DNA of 42,290 nt from Immundisolibacter sp. (GTDB lineage: Bacteria > Pseudomonadota > Gammaproteobacteria > Immundisolibacterales > Immundisolibacteraceae). The notes below the pieces were generated by a model, which saw only the letters and a program-made list of their open reading frames with translations, was not told where the DNA came from and searched no databases. The DNA lies in assembly GCF_028696615.1 (NCBI RefSeq), contig NZ_JAQVGQ010000002.1, positions 1 through 42,290 on the forward strand, given 5' to 3'. Made by a program: the position numbers and the translations under genes. Positions 1 through 10,432 of the stretch are shown piece by piece. Numbering within the stretch: the first letter of the stretch is position 1; every line of letters begins with the position of its first letter.

Positions 1-563
1 AAACCGATCACGAACGCCCACACCGGCGGCAGCCGGGTCAGCACGCCCAGAAACTGCAGCGGGCTTTGCAGCCGTTCGCCGTGACTGCCGCAGCGCACCG
101 CCACCCACAGCGCGAGCGACCAGAACAGCGGATTGATGCCGAGGATGTCGGAATAAATCGCATAGCGCGCCCCATCCGGCCCGAACAGCGCCTGCACCAC
201 CGGAATACCCAGCGAGATGATGTTCGGCAGGCCGCAGCCGATAATCAGCGCGCCGAGCTGCGCCGGACCGCTCAGCGCGAAAAAGCGCTGCCGGAACAGG
301 CCAAACGCCAGCGCCATGCCAAGCACGATGGCGAACATGGTCAGCAGCGGCGCCACGATCAGCTCGGCATTGACCTCGGCGCGCACCACCGTGTGGAAGG
401 CCAGCGCCGGGTAGTAGACGTACATCACCAGCGCACCGATGACGCGCCGCGCGGTGGGCGCATCCACCCCGCCCGGGCGCAGCCGCCGCCACGCATACCC
501 CACCGCCATGATGCCGCCGACCGGCAGCAGCGCCTGTTGCAACACCGGGGCCAGACCGACCAC
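1..563 (-). CDS. AEC (auxin efflux carrier)-family permease, 3' end outside the window
   Basis: Not in the ORF track; read manually. GTG at 563 follows an AGGAG RBS. Hydrophobic translation includes ...GCGLPNIISLGIPVVQALFG...PPVWAFVIG, matching the AEC N-x3-GIP-x4-FG and PP-x-WA motifs. Confidence 0.8.
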   Translation of the reverse strand, partial: MVGLAPVLQQALLPVGGIMAVGYAWRRLRPGGVDAPTARRVIGALVMYVYYPALAFHTVVRAEVNAELIVAPLLTMFAIVLGMALAFGLFRQRFFALSGPAQLGALIIGCGLPNIISLGIPVVQALFGPDGARYAIYSDILGINPLFWSLALWVAVRCGSHGERLQSPLQFLGVLTRLPPVWAFVIG

Positions 564-732
564 GAAAACTCCTTATGGTTGGCTGCCGAGCGATTCCGTG
601 CTGGGGTTTTGAAGCCACGCAGGCGCGCGCCTGCGTGCAGAACGGACGGTTTCAAGGATCGCGCCGGCGCCGGCAGCCCCGTCGGGCGCCGGCTGCGGTA
701 TGGTACGCGTCACCTCTGCGACCGCCCTGCCC

Positions 733-1689
733 ATGCACGCCATCCTTGCCGAACCCCGCGGCTTCTGCGCCGGTGTGGTGCGCGCCATCGACATCGTCGA
801 GCGCGCCCTCGAACTCTACGGCCCGCCCGTCTACGTGTTGCACGAGATCGTCCACAACCGGCACGTGGTGGACGACCTGCGCGCCCGCGGCGCCGTGTTC
901 GTCGAAACCGTGGACCAGATCCCCCCCAGCGCACGAGCCATTTTCAGCGCCCATGGCGTGGCCGACAGCGTGGTCGAGGCCGCCGCGGCGCGGGGCCTCG
1001 AAAGCATCGACGCCACCTGCCCGCTAGTCACCAAAGTGCATGGCCAGGCGCAGCGCTACGCCGCGCAGGACTACGACGTGATCATCGTCGGCCACGCCGG
1101 GCACCCGGAGGTCGAAGGCACGCGCGGCAGCGTGCGCGGGCGCGTGCACGTGGTCGGCGAGCCGCACGAGGTGGCGGACCTCACCGTCAAAGACCCTGCG
1201 CGCGTGGCCTACGTGACGCAGACCACGCTGTCGCTGGACGACACCCGCGACGTGATCGACGCGCTCAAGCGGCGCTTCCCCACCGCCCGCGGGCCGGACA
1301 CCAACGACATCTGCTACGCCACGCAGAACCGCCAAAACGCCGTCAAGGCGCTGCTCGGCGACATCGACGTGCTGCTGGTGGTCGGCGCCCGCAACAGCTC
1401 GAACTCGAACCGCCTGCGCGAGGTCGGCGAGCGGGCCGGCATTCCTTCGCATTTGATCGGCGAGGCGGACGAGCTCGACCGCGCCTGGTTTGCGCCGCAC
1501 AGCCGCATCGGCATCACGGCCGGCGCCTCCACGCCGCAGCGGCTGGTCGACGGCGTGCTCGAACGTCTGCGCGACTGGGGACTGACGCAAGTGAGCCGCC
1601 AGGTCGGCGTGGCCGAGGAGACCATCTTCCGCCTGCCGCCACAGCTCGCGCGCCCCGACCGCGGCCGCCTGCCGGCGGACCTGCGCTGA
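733..1689 (+). CDS. ispH: 4-hydroxy-3-methylbut-2-enyl diphosphate reductase
   Basis: PRGFCAGV, EIVHN, FSAHG, DATCPLV, QTTLS, ICYATQNRQ, NSSNS and TAGASTP motifs; the three Fe-S cysteines are present. ATG 733 is preferred over 700. Confidence 0.97.
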   Translation: MHAILAEPRGFCAGVVRAIDIVERALELYGPPVYVLHEIVHNRHVVDDLRARGAVFVETVDQIPPSARAIFSAHGVADSVVEAAAARGLESIDATCPLVTKVHGQAQRYAAQDYDVIIVGHAGHPEVEGTRGSVRGRVHVVGEPHEVADLTVKDPARVAYVTQTTLSLDDTRDVIDALKRRFPTARGPDTNDICYATQNRQNAVKALLGDIDVLLVVGARNSSNSNRLREVGERAGIPSHLIGEADELDRAWFAPHSRIGITAGASTPQRLVDGVLERLRDWGLTQVSRQVGVAEETIFRLPPQLARPDRGRLPADLR

Positions 1690-1761
1690 GAGCTTGTAAG
1701 TTTTTCTAGCTCTCAGCGCCAACCAGGGATGGCCGCACGCACATTGCTTCACAACCTGTGA
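1687..1761. mobile_element. Short, internally deleted copy of the MITE-like element at 18011-18166
   Basis: Left end matches the 18010 copy at 23/31 nt and right end at 21/25 nt (manual alignment). Flanked by TGA...TGA; the left TGA is the ispH stop codon. Confidence 0.7.
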
Positions 1762-1865
1762 CGGCACCGCTGTTGGGGCAGACGGCGCGGCAACGGTCAC
1801 GCCGCTGTATTTCCCAAAGGAATTTTCGAGGGTCCGGCAGGCGGTTTCGCCGCTAAACTGTCGCC

Positions 1866-3452
1866 ATGCGTTCAGTGACAACACCAATACAGATACAGAA
1901 CGCGATCAGGGTGGGCGGGCTGCTGGGCGCAGTCGTCATGCTGCTGCTGCTCGCGGCGTGCTCGAGCACCGGCGACAAGGCCAAACGTCCGCAGGCGGTC
2001 AGCGACACCCACCGCGCCGCCTCGCTGGATGCCGTCGCGCCCGACCCGCGCGACACCGACATCTGGCAGCGCATGCGCGCCGGCTTTGCCATGGACATGC
2101 CGGACGACCCGCAGATCGACGTCGAGCTGCGCTGGTATCTGGACCACCCGCTGTTCCTTGAAAACGCCTGGGCGCGCGGCAGCCGCTACCTGTTCCACAT
2201 CCTGAACGAAATCGAGCGGCGCGGCCTGCCGACCGAGCTGGCCCTGCTGCCGGTGGTCGAAAGCGCCTTCCAGCCGCATGCCGTGTCGCGCAGCAACGCG
2301 GTCGGGCTGTGGCAATTCCTGTCCGAGACCGGCCGCGATTACGGCCTACAGCAGACCGCCTGGGTGGACCAGCGGCGCGACATCATCGACTCGACGCGCG
2401 CCGCGCTGGACTATCTGGCCGCCCTGGGCCGGCAGTTCAACGGCGACTGGACGCTGGCCCTGGCCGCCTACAACGGCGGCCCGGGTTATGTGTCCAGGAT
2501 GTGCGAGAGCAACCGCAGTCGCGGGCGCGGCGCCGGCTTCATGGACCTGCCGCTGCGCGACGAGACGCGCTGCTACGTGCCCAAACTGCTGGCGCTGCGC
2601 AAGCTGGTGGAGAACCCCGGCCGCTACGGCGTGACCTTGCCGGACATTCCGAACGAACCGTACTTCACTGCCGTCGACGTCGAAGGGCCGATCCGCCTCG
2701 ACCTGCTGGCGGCGGTGGAAAACCTGCGCCCGGACGACATTCGTGCCCTGAACGCCGGCTTTCATCGTGGCAGCACGCCGCCTGGCGGGCCGCACCGCCT
2801 GCTGGTGCCGGTCGATGTGGCCGACGAGGCTCGCCGGCAAATCGCCGCCCTGCCGCGCGAGACGCTGCCGCTGCCGGCCGTCACGCAAAGCCCCGACCTG
2901 CCGCAACGGCGTGTGCAATGGCGGCGGCACACCGTGCAGCCCGGCGAGACGCTGACCGGCGTGGCGCAGCGCTATCGGGTCAGCATCGCGGCGCTGCGCC
3001 AGGCCAACGGCCTGCACACCGGCACCCTCAAAAGCGGCCAGGACCTGATGATCCCGGTGGCGTACGCGGCCGACGCCCGCCCCGGTCCCAAGCGTGGCTG
3101 CGATGGCGAACGGGTGCTGCACCGCGTGGCCGCCGGCGACACGCTGTGGAGCATCGCCCGCCGCTACCAGGTCGAACCCGGACGAATCACCGCCTGCAAT
3201 CCCGGGCTGAGCGGTGCCGCACTCGCCGTGGGCAAGACCGTGTCGGTCTACCGGCCGGCCGAGGTGACCGCCGTGGCCGACGCCACGCGGCACCGGCGCG
3301 AAACCTACACCGTGCGGGCCGGCGACACCGCCTGGCGCATCGCCCAGAACCTGGGCGTCAGCATCGACCAGCTGCAGCGCTGGAACAACGGCCTGCGCAC
3401 GCAGTCGCTCAAACCCGGTGATCGCCTGACGGTGATCCGCAACGGCGGCTGA
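1866..3452 (+). CDS. mltD: Membrane-bound lytic murein transglycosylase D-like lipoprotein (SLT domain + 3 LysM)
   Basis: Lipobox LLAAC; SLT motifs VESAF, AVGLWQF, ALAAYNGG and ETRCYVPK; three LysM repeats (HTVQPGETL, HRVAAGDTL, YTVRAGDTA). Confidence 0.9.
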   Translation: MRSVTTPIQIQNAIRVGGLLGAVVMLLLLAACSSTGDKAKRPQAVSDTHRAASLDAVAPDPRDTDIWQRMRAGFAMDMPDDPQIDVELRWYLDHPLFLENAWARGSRYLFHILNEIERRGLPTELALLPVVESAFQPHAVSRSNAVGLWQFLSETGRDYGLQQTAWVDQRRDIIDSTRAALDYLAALGRQFNGDWTLALAAYNGGPGYVSRMCESNRSRGRGAGFMDLPLRDETRCYVPKLLALRKLVENPGRYGVTLPDIPNEPYFTAVDVEGPIRLDLLAAVENLRPDDIRALNAGFHRGSTPPGGPHRLLVPVDVADEARRQIAALPRETLPLPAVTQSPDLPQRRVQWRRHTVQPGETLTGVAQRYRVSIAALRQANGLHTGTLKSGQDLMIPVAYAADARPGPKRGCDGERVLHRVAAGDTLWSIARRYQVEPGRITACNPGLSGAALAVGKTVSVYRPAEVTAVADATRHRRETYTVRAGDTAWRIAQNLGVSIDQLQRWNNGLRTQSLKPGDRLTVIRNGG

Positions 3453-3455
3453 CGC

Positions 3456-4271
3456 ATGGCGCACACGGTTTTCTTCGTCTCGGACCAGACCGGCATCACG
3501 GTGCAGACGCTCGGGCAGGCGCTGCTGGCGCACTTTCCCGGCGCCGATGTGGAACGGGTGGACATCCCGTTCATCGACAGCCCGGCCAAGGCCGAGCGGG
3601 TGGCGGCGCGCATCGTCGAGGCGGCCGCCACCGGCGGCCAGCCGGTGGTGCTGTGCAGCATCGCCGATCAACACCTGCGGGCCATCATCAAGCGCTCGGG
3701 CGTGCTGTGTCTGGACGTGCTGGAAACCTTCATCGCCCCGCTGGAAAACGCCTTCGGCGTGGCCGCCACACCGCAAGCCACCCACACCCACGGCGCACCG
3801 GACTCCAGCGACTACGAAGAACGCATCGAGGCGATCAACTTCACCCTGGCCCACGACGACGGCGTGGACGGCAAGCACCTGGCCGACGCCGACATCATCC
3901 TGATCGGCGTGTCGCGCTCCGGCAAGACGCCGACCAGCCTGTACCTGAGCCTGCAGTTCGGCATCCGGGCCGCCAACTTCCCGCTCACCGAGGACGACCT
4001 CGAAAACCTGACGCTGCCCAAATCGCTGCTGCCGCACCGCAACAAGCTGTTCGGCCTGAGCATCGACCCGGTGCGCATCCACCGCATCCGCGAGGAACGC
4101 CGCCCGGGCAGCCGCTACGCCTCGCTGGCCCAGTGCCAGTTCGAGGCCCGCCAGGCGCTGCGCCTGTACCAGCGCCTGAACATTCCGCACCTGGACTCGA
4201 CCCACAAGTCGATCGAGGAAATCGCCACCACCGTCATCCAGCAGTTCGGCCTCAAGCGGCGGGTGTTTTAG
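3456..4271 (+). CDS. ppsR: PEP synthase / pyruvate,water dikinase regulatory kinase-pyrophosphorylase
   Basis: VFFVSDQTGIT, RIEAINFTLAHDDG, GVSRSGKTPTSLYL, AANFPL and SIEEIA motifs (DUF299 family). Confidence 0.95.
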   Translation: MAHTVFFVSDQTGITVQTLGQALLAHFPGADVERVDIPFIDSPAKAERVAARIVEAAATGGQPVVLCSIADQHLRAIIKRSGVLCLDVLETFIAPLENAFGVAATPQATHTHGAPDSSDYEERIEAINFTLAHDDGVDGKHLADADIILIGVSRSGKTPTSLYLSLQFGIRAANFPLTEDDLENLTLPKSLLPHRNKLFGLSIDPVRIHRIREERRPGSRYASLAQCQFEARQALRLYQRLNIPHLDSTHKSIEEIATTVIQQFGLKRRVF

Positions 4272-5406
4272 GAACGCAGGTGCCGCCGTGCACCATGCCC
4301 AGGCGTCGCCCGATCGCCGGCTCGGTCAGCACGGCGGCCATGGCGTCGAAGTCACCGAGCTCGCCCGCCGCAAGGTAGTCCGCCAGTAAGGCCGCCTCGG
4401 GTCGCTGCAGCAGAGCGACCAGGCCGGCTTCGATGTCGAAATGCTCCTGCGCGCGCAGCGTCTCGGCCAGGCGGCAGGCGAAATACGCCAGCGCCACGAC
4501 CGGCAACAGATCCGGCGCGACGCTGGCCGGCGCTGCCACCAGCGGTTTGAGACTGTCGCCCAATGCCCGGCGCAGGTCGCGTGGCAGCCGCCAGGCACTG
4601 CCGAGGCGGGCGCCGACGATGGCCGCGTTGAAGCCCAGCGCGCGCTGCACGGCATCGACCCGCCCAGGCAAGTCGCCCTCGCCCTCGTAGACGGCTGCCA
4701 GCCAGGGATGGTGCGAGACGAGCGTGATGTCTCCCAGACCGAACAGCAGCGCGCAGGTGGACCGTTCCGCCGCCCCTTGCTGGCGCCGCCCCTGCGCCAC
4801 CGCCAAAGCGACGGCGCTGGCCAGGTAACTGCTGGCCCACAGGCTTCGATGAACGCGCTCGGCGGCCGCATCGACGGCCGGCGAGATGGCCACCGCATGC
4901 GAAACGGCGATGTCACGCACCAGATTGGCGCCCAGGTAGGTGATGGCGTGCTGCACGCTGGTGATTTCGCGCGACAGGCCGAACTGCGCCGAGTTCACCG
5001 TGCGCAGCAACAGTGCAGCCATGGCGGGGTCGGTGGCCACCACCCGCGCCAGCTCCGCCGGATCGTCACCAGCCCGCAGCAACGCCCACAGTACCCCGCT
5101 CGGACGTGGCACGGCGTCGGTCAGCGCCTCCAGCCGCCGGTTCGCCTCGGCCGTCAGCTGCGGCTCGTCCAGCAACGTCAGCTCCGGCACCGCTGGTCTG
5201 GCGGTCGGCGTCAGCCGCGCCCCCGCCGGACCGGCGGTGCCGGACCGCAACGCCGCGCGGCTGTTCGCCGGCGCGGCCGAGCGCCGCTGGCTGGGCCCCG
5301 CCCCGGCCCCGCGTCGCCGGCCCGGCCGCGGTTTCGCCGACCACCACAACACGCCCATGCCGGCCAGCAACGCGCCGGCCACGACCGCAAATCCCATGCC
5401 GCCCAT
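4252..5406 (-). CDS. HDOD-domain protein with N-terminal membrane anchor
   Basis: DPAMAALLLRTVNSAQFGLSREITSVQHAITYLG is the HDOD signature; later GARLGSAWRLP; hydrophobic N-terminus. Overlaps the ppsR 3' end by 20 nt. Confidence 0.85.
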   Translation of the reverse strand: MGGMGFAVVAGALLAGMGVLWWSAKPRPGRRRGAGAGPSQRRSAAPANSRAALRSGTAGPAGARLTPTARPAVPELTLLDEPQLTAEANRRLEALTDAVPRPSGVLWALLRAGDDPAELARVVATDPAMAALLLRTVNSAQFGLSREITSVQHAITYLGANLVRDIAVSHAVAISPAVDAAAERVHRSLWASSYLASAVALAVAQGRRQQGAAERSTCALLFGLGDITLVSHHPWLAAVYEGEGDLPGRVDAVQRALGFNAAIVGARLGSAWRLPRDLRRALGDSLKPLVAAPASVAPDLLPVVALAYFACRLAETLRAQEHFDIEAGLVALLQRPEAALLADYLAAGELGDFDAMAAVLTEPAIGRRLGMVHGGTCVPKTPAA

Positions 5407-5492
5407 CCCGCGTTGATTGTCGCCGCATCGGTCGCTTCGACGCGGCTGCCGCCGCGCTGCGTTACGCCATCGTCAGGCCAAATGAAGCCGAT

Positions 5493-6923
5493 TCATGAAC
5501 GCCCATACAACTTCAGCAGCTCGCCCAGGCGCGCCGCCAGCGGCGCCGTGAGCTGCCCGGCGGCGAGCCGCCAGCACCAATTGCCCTGCACAGTGCCCGG
5601 CGTGTTCATCCGCGCGGCGCTGCCCAGGCCCAGCAGGTCCTGCACCGGCAACACCGCCAGTTCGGCCACCGAAGCCAGCGCCGCCCGGATCAGCGGCCAC
5701 GGCATGGCCTCCCCCGGCAGGCCGAGGTAATCGAGCGTGCGCTGCGCGGTCGCCGGCGGCGCGCTGTCGAACCAGCCGCAGGTGGTGTCGTTGTCGTGCG
5801 TGCCGGTGTAGGCCACGTCGTCGCGGGCGTGGTTGTGCGGCAGGTGGGGATTGCTGGCATCGCCATCGAAGGCGAACTGCAGCACCACCATGCCCGGCAG
5901 GCCGAAGCGCCGGCGCAGCGCCTCCACCTCGGGCGTGATGATGCCGAGGTTCTCGGCCACCAGGCGCAGGTCCGGGAAGGCCTGCGTGATGGCGTCGAGC
6001 AGCGCCGCGCCAGGCACCGCCTGCCAGGCGCCGGTGACCGCGGTGGGAGCGTCGGCCGGAATCATCCACACCGCCTCCAGACCGCGGAAATGGTCGATGC
6101 GCAGCAGGTCGAAGCGCTGCGCCTGGGTGGCGACACGCGCCCGCCACCAGGCGAAATCCTGCGCCTGGTGCCAGTCCCAACGGTAGTGCGGATTGCCCCA
6201 GCGCTGGCCGTCGACGGCGAAATAATCCGGCGGCACGCCGGCCACGTATTGCGGCTCACCGTCCTCGTCCAGCAGGAACGCCTGCGGCGTCGCCCACACG
6301 TCGGCGCTGTCGTGGGCCACGAACAGCGGCAGATCGCCGAACAGGCGCACGCCGTGCTCGTGCGCGTAGGCGCGCAGTTCCCGCCATTGGCTACAGAACG
6401 CGTACTGCTCGAAGTACACCTGCGCCACGACCGGCGCGTGGCGGCGGCGGGCCGCGGCCAGCACCGCCGGATCGCGATCGCGCTCGGCCGCCGGCCAGGC
6501 AGTCCAGGGGCTGCCGCCGTGTGCCGCCTTGAGCGCGCTGTAGAGCGCGAAATCCTCCAGCCAGTGCGCCTGCCGGGTGCAGAAATCGCCAAAATCGGCC
6601 GCCGGCTGCTGCGCAAACGCCGCGCCCGCGGCGCGCAGCTGCTCCTCACGCGGGCGGTCGGCATTGACGGTCTGCAGCCAACCGCGGTCACGCAGCCAGT
6701 CCAGGCTGATCAGCTCGGGATTTCCGGCGTGGCTGGAGGTCGACTGGTACGGACTGCCGCCATCGCCGGTCGGCCCCACCGGCAGCATCTGCCACACCGA
6801 ACAGCCGGCGGCGGCCAGGAACTCGACGAAACGGTACGCCTCGTGCCCCAGATCGCCGCAGGCAAACGCCCCGGGCAGCGAGGTCGGATGCAGCAGCAGC
6901 CCAGCCCGCCGCTCACCGGGCAT
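5493..6923 (-). CDS. malQ: 4-alpha-glucanotransferase (amylomaltase, GH77)
   Basis: [57 protein letters not shown] and RMNTPG motifs. Confidence 0.97.
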   Translation of the reverse strand: MPGERRAGLLLHPTSLPGAFACGDLGHEAYRFVEFLAAAGCSVWQMLPVGPTGDGGSPYQSTSSHAGNPELISLDWLRDRGWLQTVNADRPREEQLRAAGAAFAQQPAADFGDFCTRQAHWLEDFALYSALKAAHGGSPWTAWPAAERDRDPAVLAAARRRHAPVVAQVYFEQYAFCSQWRELRAYAHEHGVRLFGDLPLFVAHDSADVWATPQAFLLDEDGEPQYVAGVPPDYFAVDGQRWGNPHYRWDWHQAQDFAWWRARVATQAQRFDLLRIDHFRGLEAVWMIPADAPTAVTGAWQAVPGAALLDAITQAFPDLRLVAENLGIITPEVEALRRRFGLPGMVVLQFAFDGDASNPHLPHNHARDDVAYTGTHDNDTTCGWFDSAPPATAQRTLDYLGLPGEAMPWPLIRAALASVAELAVLPVQDLLGLGSAARMNTPGTVQGNWCWRLAAGQLTAPLAARLGELLKLYGRS

Positions 6924-8184
6924 GGTGCAGCGCCTGCCCCAGCATTTCCGGGATCACCAGCGTCACGCCGCCCGGGGTGACGCTGAAGCGCCGCGCGTCG
7001 GCGTCGTGGTCGTAACCGATTTCGGTGCCCGGCGGCAGCACACAGCCACGCTCGATGATGGCGCGGCGGATACGGCAGCCGGCGCCGATCTGCACCCGCG
7101 GCAGGATCACGCAATCCTCGATCTGGGCGCCATCGTCCACGCGCACGCCGGTGAACAGCAGCGAGCGGCGCACCAGGCCGCCGGAGACGATGCAGCCGCC
7201 GGAGATCACCGAATCGACCGCCATGCCGCGCCGGCCGTCGTCGTCGAACACGAACTTGGCCGGTGGCACCTGCTCCTGCAGGGTCCAGATCGGCCACTCG
7301 GTGTCGTACAGGTTCAGCTCCGGCGTCACCGCCACCAGGTCCATGTTGGCAGCGTAGTAGGCGTCGAGCGTGCCGACGTCGCGCCAGTAGGCCTGCCCGC
7401 CGGTCTGCCCGTCGACGAACGGGTAGGCATACGCCCGGTAACGGTCGATCAGGCCGGGGATGACGTTGTGCCCGAAGTCGTGCTGCGAGCCCGGCGTGTC
7501 GGCGTCCTTGTAGAGCTGCTCGAACAGGAACGCGGTGTTGAACACGTAGATGCCCATCGAACACAGGGCCCGGTCCGGCTTGTCTGGCAGCGGCGCCGGC
7601 TGCGCGGGCTTCTCGACGAAGCTGCGGATACGCAGGTCACCGTCGACACCCATCACCCCGAAACCGCTGGCATCGGCCAGCGGCACCTCGATGCAGCCGA
7701 CCGTGACGTCGGCCTCCCGCGTCACGTGCGCCGCCAGCATCGGCCCGTAGTCCATCTTGTAGACGTGATCGCCGGCCAGGATCAGCACGTACTCGGGATT
7801 GTGGGCGGCGATGATGTCCAGGTTCTGCCACACCGCATCCGCCGTGCCGGCGTACCAGGAGGTCTCCAGGCGCTGCTGGGCCGGCAGCAACTCCACGAAC
7901 TCGCCGAACTGGCCGCTCAGGTGCCCCCAGCCGCGCTGAATGTGCAGGATCAGCGAGTGCGCCTTGTACTGCGTCAGCACGCCGATGCGGCGGATGCCCG
8001 AGTTCACGCAGTTCGACAGCGGAAAATCGATGATGCGGAACTTGCCGCCGAACGGCACCGCCGGTTTGGCCCGCCACAGCGTGAGCTGCTCGAGCCGGCT
8101 GCCGCGCCCGCCGGCCAGTACCAGCGCCAGCGTGTCGCGGGTTAGCTCACTGATGAAGCGTTCGGGCCGACGGGCACCGTTCAT
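6913..8184 (-). CDS. glgC: Glucose-1-phosphate adenylyltransferase
   Basis: [51 protein letters not shown] and YWRDVGT motifs; GGAGG RBS. Confidence 0.98.
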   Translation of the reverse strand: MNGARRPERFISELTRDTLALVLAGGRGSRLEQLTLWRAKPAVPFGGKFRIIDFPLSNCVNSGIRRIGVLTQYKAHSLILHIQRGWGHLSGQFGEFVELLPAQQRLETSWYAGTADAVWQNLDIIAAHNPEYVLILAGDHVYKMDYGPMLAAHVTREADVTVGCIEVPLADASGFGVMGVDGDLRIRSFVEKPAQPAPLPDKPDRALCSMGIYVFNTAFLFEQLYKDADTPGSQHDFGHNVIPGLIDRYRAYAYPFVDGQTGGQAYWRDVGTLDAYYAANMDLVAVTPELNLYDTEWPIWTLQEQVPPAKFVFDDDGRRGMAVDSVISGGCIVSGGLVRRSLLFTGVRVDDGAQIEDCVILPRVQIGAGCRIRRAIIERGCVLPPGTEIGYDHDADARRFSVTPGGVTLVIPEMLGQALHHAR

Positions 8185-8266
8185 GCGTCCTCCAATGTTT
8201 CGTCACAAGCCGGCGATGGGTCATTGATACCATGCGTGGCAACCGCACCATCACGGCCCCTTCTGC

Positions 8267-10432
8267 GTGAACGCAACCAGCATTCCAGAATTTTCGACCG
8301 ACGACCTGCAACGCCTGCAGGACGGCCGCCTGCACGATCCATTCCACCTGCTCGGCCGCCACGGCCCGCAGCTGCGGGCGTGCTGCCCCGACGCCGCCGC
8401 GGTGGTGGTGGAAGAAGCCCCCACGCTGGCGCTGCGGCGCCTGCCCGACAGCCACGTGTGGGTGGCCGATGTTGGCACGCGCCCGCTACCGGCGCATTAC
8501 ACGCTGCGCTGGCGCGATGCCGACGGGCGCGAACAGCGCCGCGTCGACCCGTACAGCTTCGGCCCGCTGCTGTCCGACTTCGATCTGTACCTGTTCGGGC
8601 AGGGCCGGCACTGGCATCCGCAGAATTTTCTGGGCGCCCACCTGCGACGGGTGGACGGCGTGGACGGCGTGCTGTTCGCCGTGTGGGCACCCAACGCCGA
8701 GGGCATCTCGGTGGTCGGCGACTGGAACGGCTGGGACGGACGCTGGCACCCCATGCGCAACCGCGGCAGCAGCGGCGTGTGGGAGCTGTTCATTCCCGGC
8801 GTGGTGGCCGGCGCGCTGTACAAGTTCGAGCTGCGCACCGCGCACGGCCTGCTGCTGAAGGCCGACCCCTACGCCCGCGCCGCCGAGCTGCGCCCGGCCA
8901 CCGCCAGCCGCGTGGCGCCGGCCACGTCCTACGCCTGGGGCGACGAGGCCTGGCTGGAACGGCGCGCCGCCGGCGACTGGCATCGCCAGCCGATCAGCAT
9001 CTACGAGCTGCATCTGGGCTCCTGGCGCCGGCGCGCCGACGGCGGCTTTCTGAGCTATGCCGAAATCGCCGACCAACTGGTGCCGTACGTGCAGGAACTC
9101 GGCTTCACGCACGTGGAGCTGCTGCCGGTGATGGAGCACCCCTTCGACGCCTCCTGGGGCTACCAGTGCACCGGCTACTACGCACCGACCGCCCGCCACG
9201 GCGAGCCGGACGGCCTGCGGCTGCTGATCGACCGCCTGCACCAGGCCGGCATCGGCGTCATCCTGGACTGGGTGCCGGCGCATTTCCCACGCGACGCGCA
9301 CGCGCTGGCCCGCTTCGACGGCACCGCGCTCTACGAGCACGACGACCCGCGCCTTGGCGAGCACCCGGACTGGGGCACGCTGGTGTTCAACTTCGGCCGC
9401 GCCGAGGTCAAGAGCTTCCTGCTCGGCTCGGCCTTGTACTGGGTGGAGGCGTTTCATGCCGACGGCCTGCGCGTGGACGCGGTCGCCTCCATGCTGTACC
9501 TGGATTATTCGCGCGGTCCCGGCCAGTGGCTGCCCAACCGCCACGGCGGCAACGAAAACCTCGAGGCGGTCGAATTCCTGCGCGAGGTGTGCGGCGTGGT
9601 GCAGGGCCAGCATCCCGGCACGCTGATGGTGGCCGAGGAGTCCACCGCCTGGCCGCAAGTGACGCGCCCGCCGTGGACCGGCGGACTCGGCTTCGCGCTC
9701 AAGTGGAACATGGGCTGGATGCACGACACGCTCGAGTACCTCGAGCACGACCCGGTGCACCGCATGTACCACCACGACCGGCTCACCTTCAGCATGCTCT
9801 ACGCCTACACGGAAAACTTCGTGCTGCCGCTCAGCCACGACGAAGTGGTGCACGGCAAGCGCGCACTGCTGGCCAAAATGCCCGGCGACGACTGGCAGAA
9901 GTTCGCCAACCTGCGCCTGCTGCTGGCCTACCAGTTCACCTTCCCGGGCAAAAAGCTGCTGTTCATGGGCGGCGAATTCGGCCAGTGGGCCGAGTGGAAC
10001 CACGAGCGCGCACTCGACTGGTACCTGCTGGATTACGACCGCCACCGGGGCCTGCAGGCCGCCGCGCGCGATCTCGCCCACCTGTACCGCAACCACGCCG
10101 CCCTGCACGGGCACGACTTCGAGCCGCACGGCTTCGAGTGGGTGGACTGCCACGACGCCGCCCAGTCGGTGATCAGCTACCTGCGCCACGGCGGCGGGCG
10201 CAGCGTGCTGGTGGTGCTCAACTTCACGCCGGTGGTGCGGCACGGTTATCGCCTCGGCGTGCCCGGACCCGGCTGGCACGCGGTGTGTTTCAACTCCGAC
10301 TCCGCCTACTACGGCGGCAGCAACACCGGCACCGCCGGTGCACAGGCCGAGCCGGTGCCCTGGATGGGCCGGCCGTGGTCGGTGTCGCTCACCCTGCCGC
10401 CGCTGGCGGCGCTGGTGCTGGAGCTGCCGTGA
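8267..10432 (+). CDS. glgB: 1,4-alpha-glucan branching enzyme
   Basis: [57 protein letters not shown] and [10 protein letters not shown] motifs. Confidence 0.98.
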   Translation: MNATSIPEFSTDDLQRLQDGRLHDPFHLLGRHGPQLRACCPDAAAVVVEEAPTLALRRLPDSHVWVADVGTRPLPAHYTLRWRDADGREQRRVDPYSFGPLLSDFDLYLFGQGRHWHPQNFLGAHLRRVDGVDGVLFAVWAPNAEGISVVGDWNGWDGRWHPMRNRGSSGVWELFIPGVVAGALYKFELRTAHGLLLKADPYARAAELRPATASRVAPATSYAWGDEAWLERRAAGDWHRQPISIYELHLGSWRRRADGGFLSYAEIADQLVPYVQELGFTHVELLPVMEHPFDASWGYQCTGYYAPTARHGEPDGLRLLIDRLHQAGIGVILDWVPAHFPRDAHALARFDGTALYEHDDPRLGEHPDWGTLVFNFGRAEVKSFLLGSALYWVEAFHADGLRVDAVASMLYLDYSRGPGQWLPNRHGGNENLEAVEFLREVCGVVQGQHPGTLMVAEESTAWPQVTRPPWTGGLGFALKWNMGWMHDTLEYLEHDPVHRMYHHDRLTFSMLYAYTENFVLPLSHDEVVHGKRALLAKMPGDDWQKFANLRLLLAYQFTFPGKKLLFMGGEFGQWAEWNHERALDWYLLDYDRHRGLQAAARDLAHLYRNHAALHGHDFEPHGFEWVDCHDAAQSVISYLRHGGGRSVLVVLNFTPVVRHGYRLGVPGPGWHAVCFNSDSAYYGGSNTGTAGAQAEPVPWMGRPWSVSLTLPPLAALVLELP

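Noticed and set aside
66-1709. 547-aa plus-strand ORF and the many long antisense ORFs (e.g. 2346-4205, 12544-13986, 27853-30306)
   Set aside because: Antisense or off-frame mirrors of well-supported genes, with no recognisable motifs; expected at this GC content.
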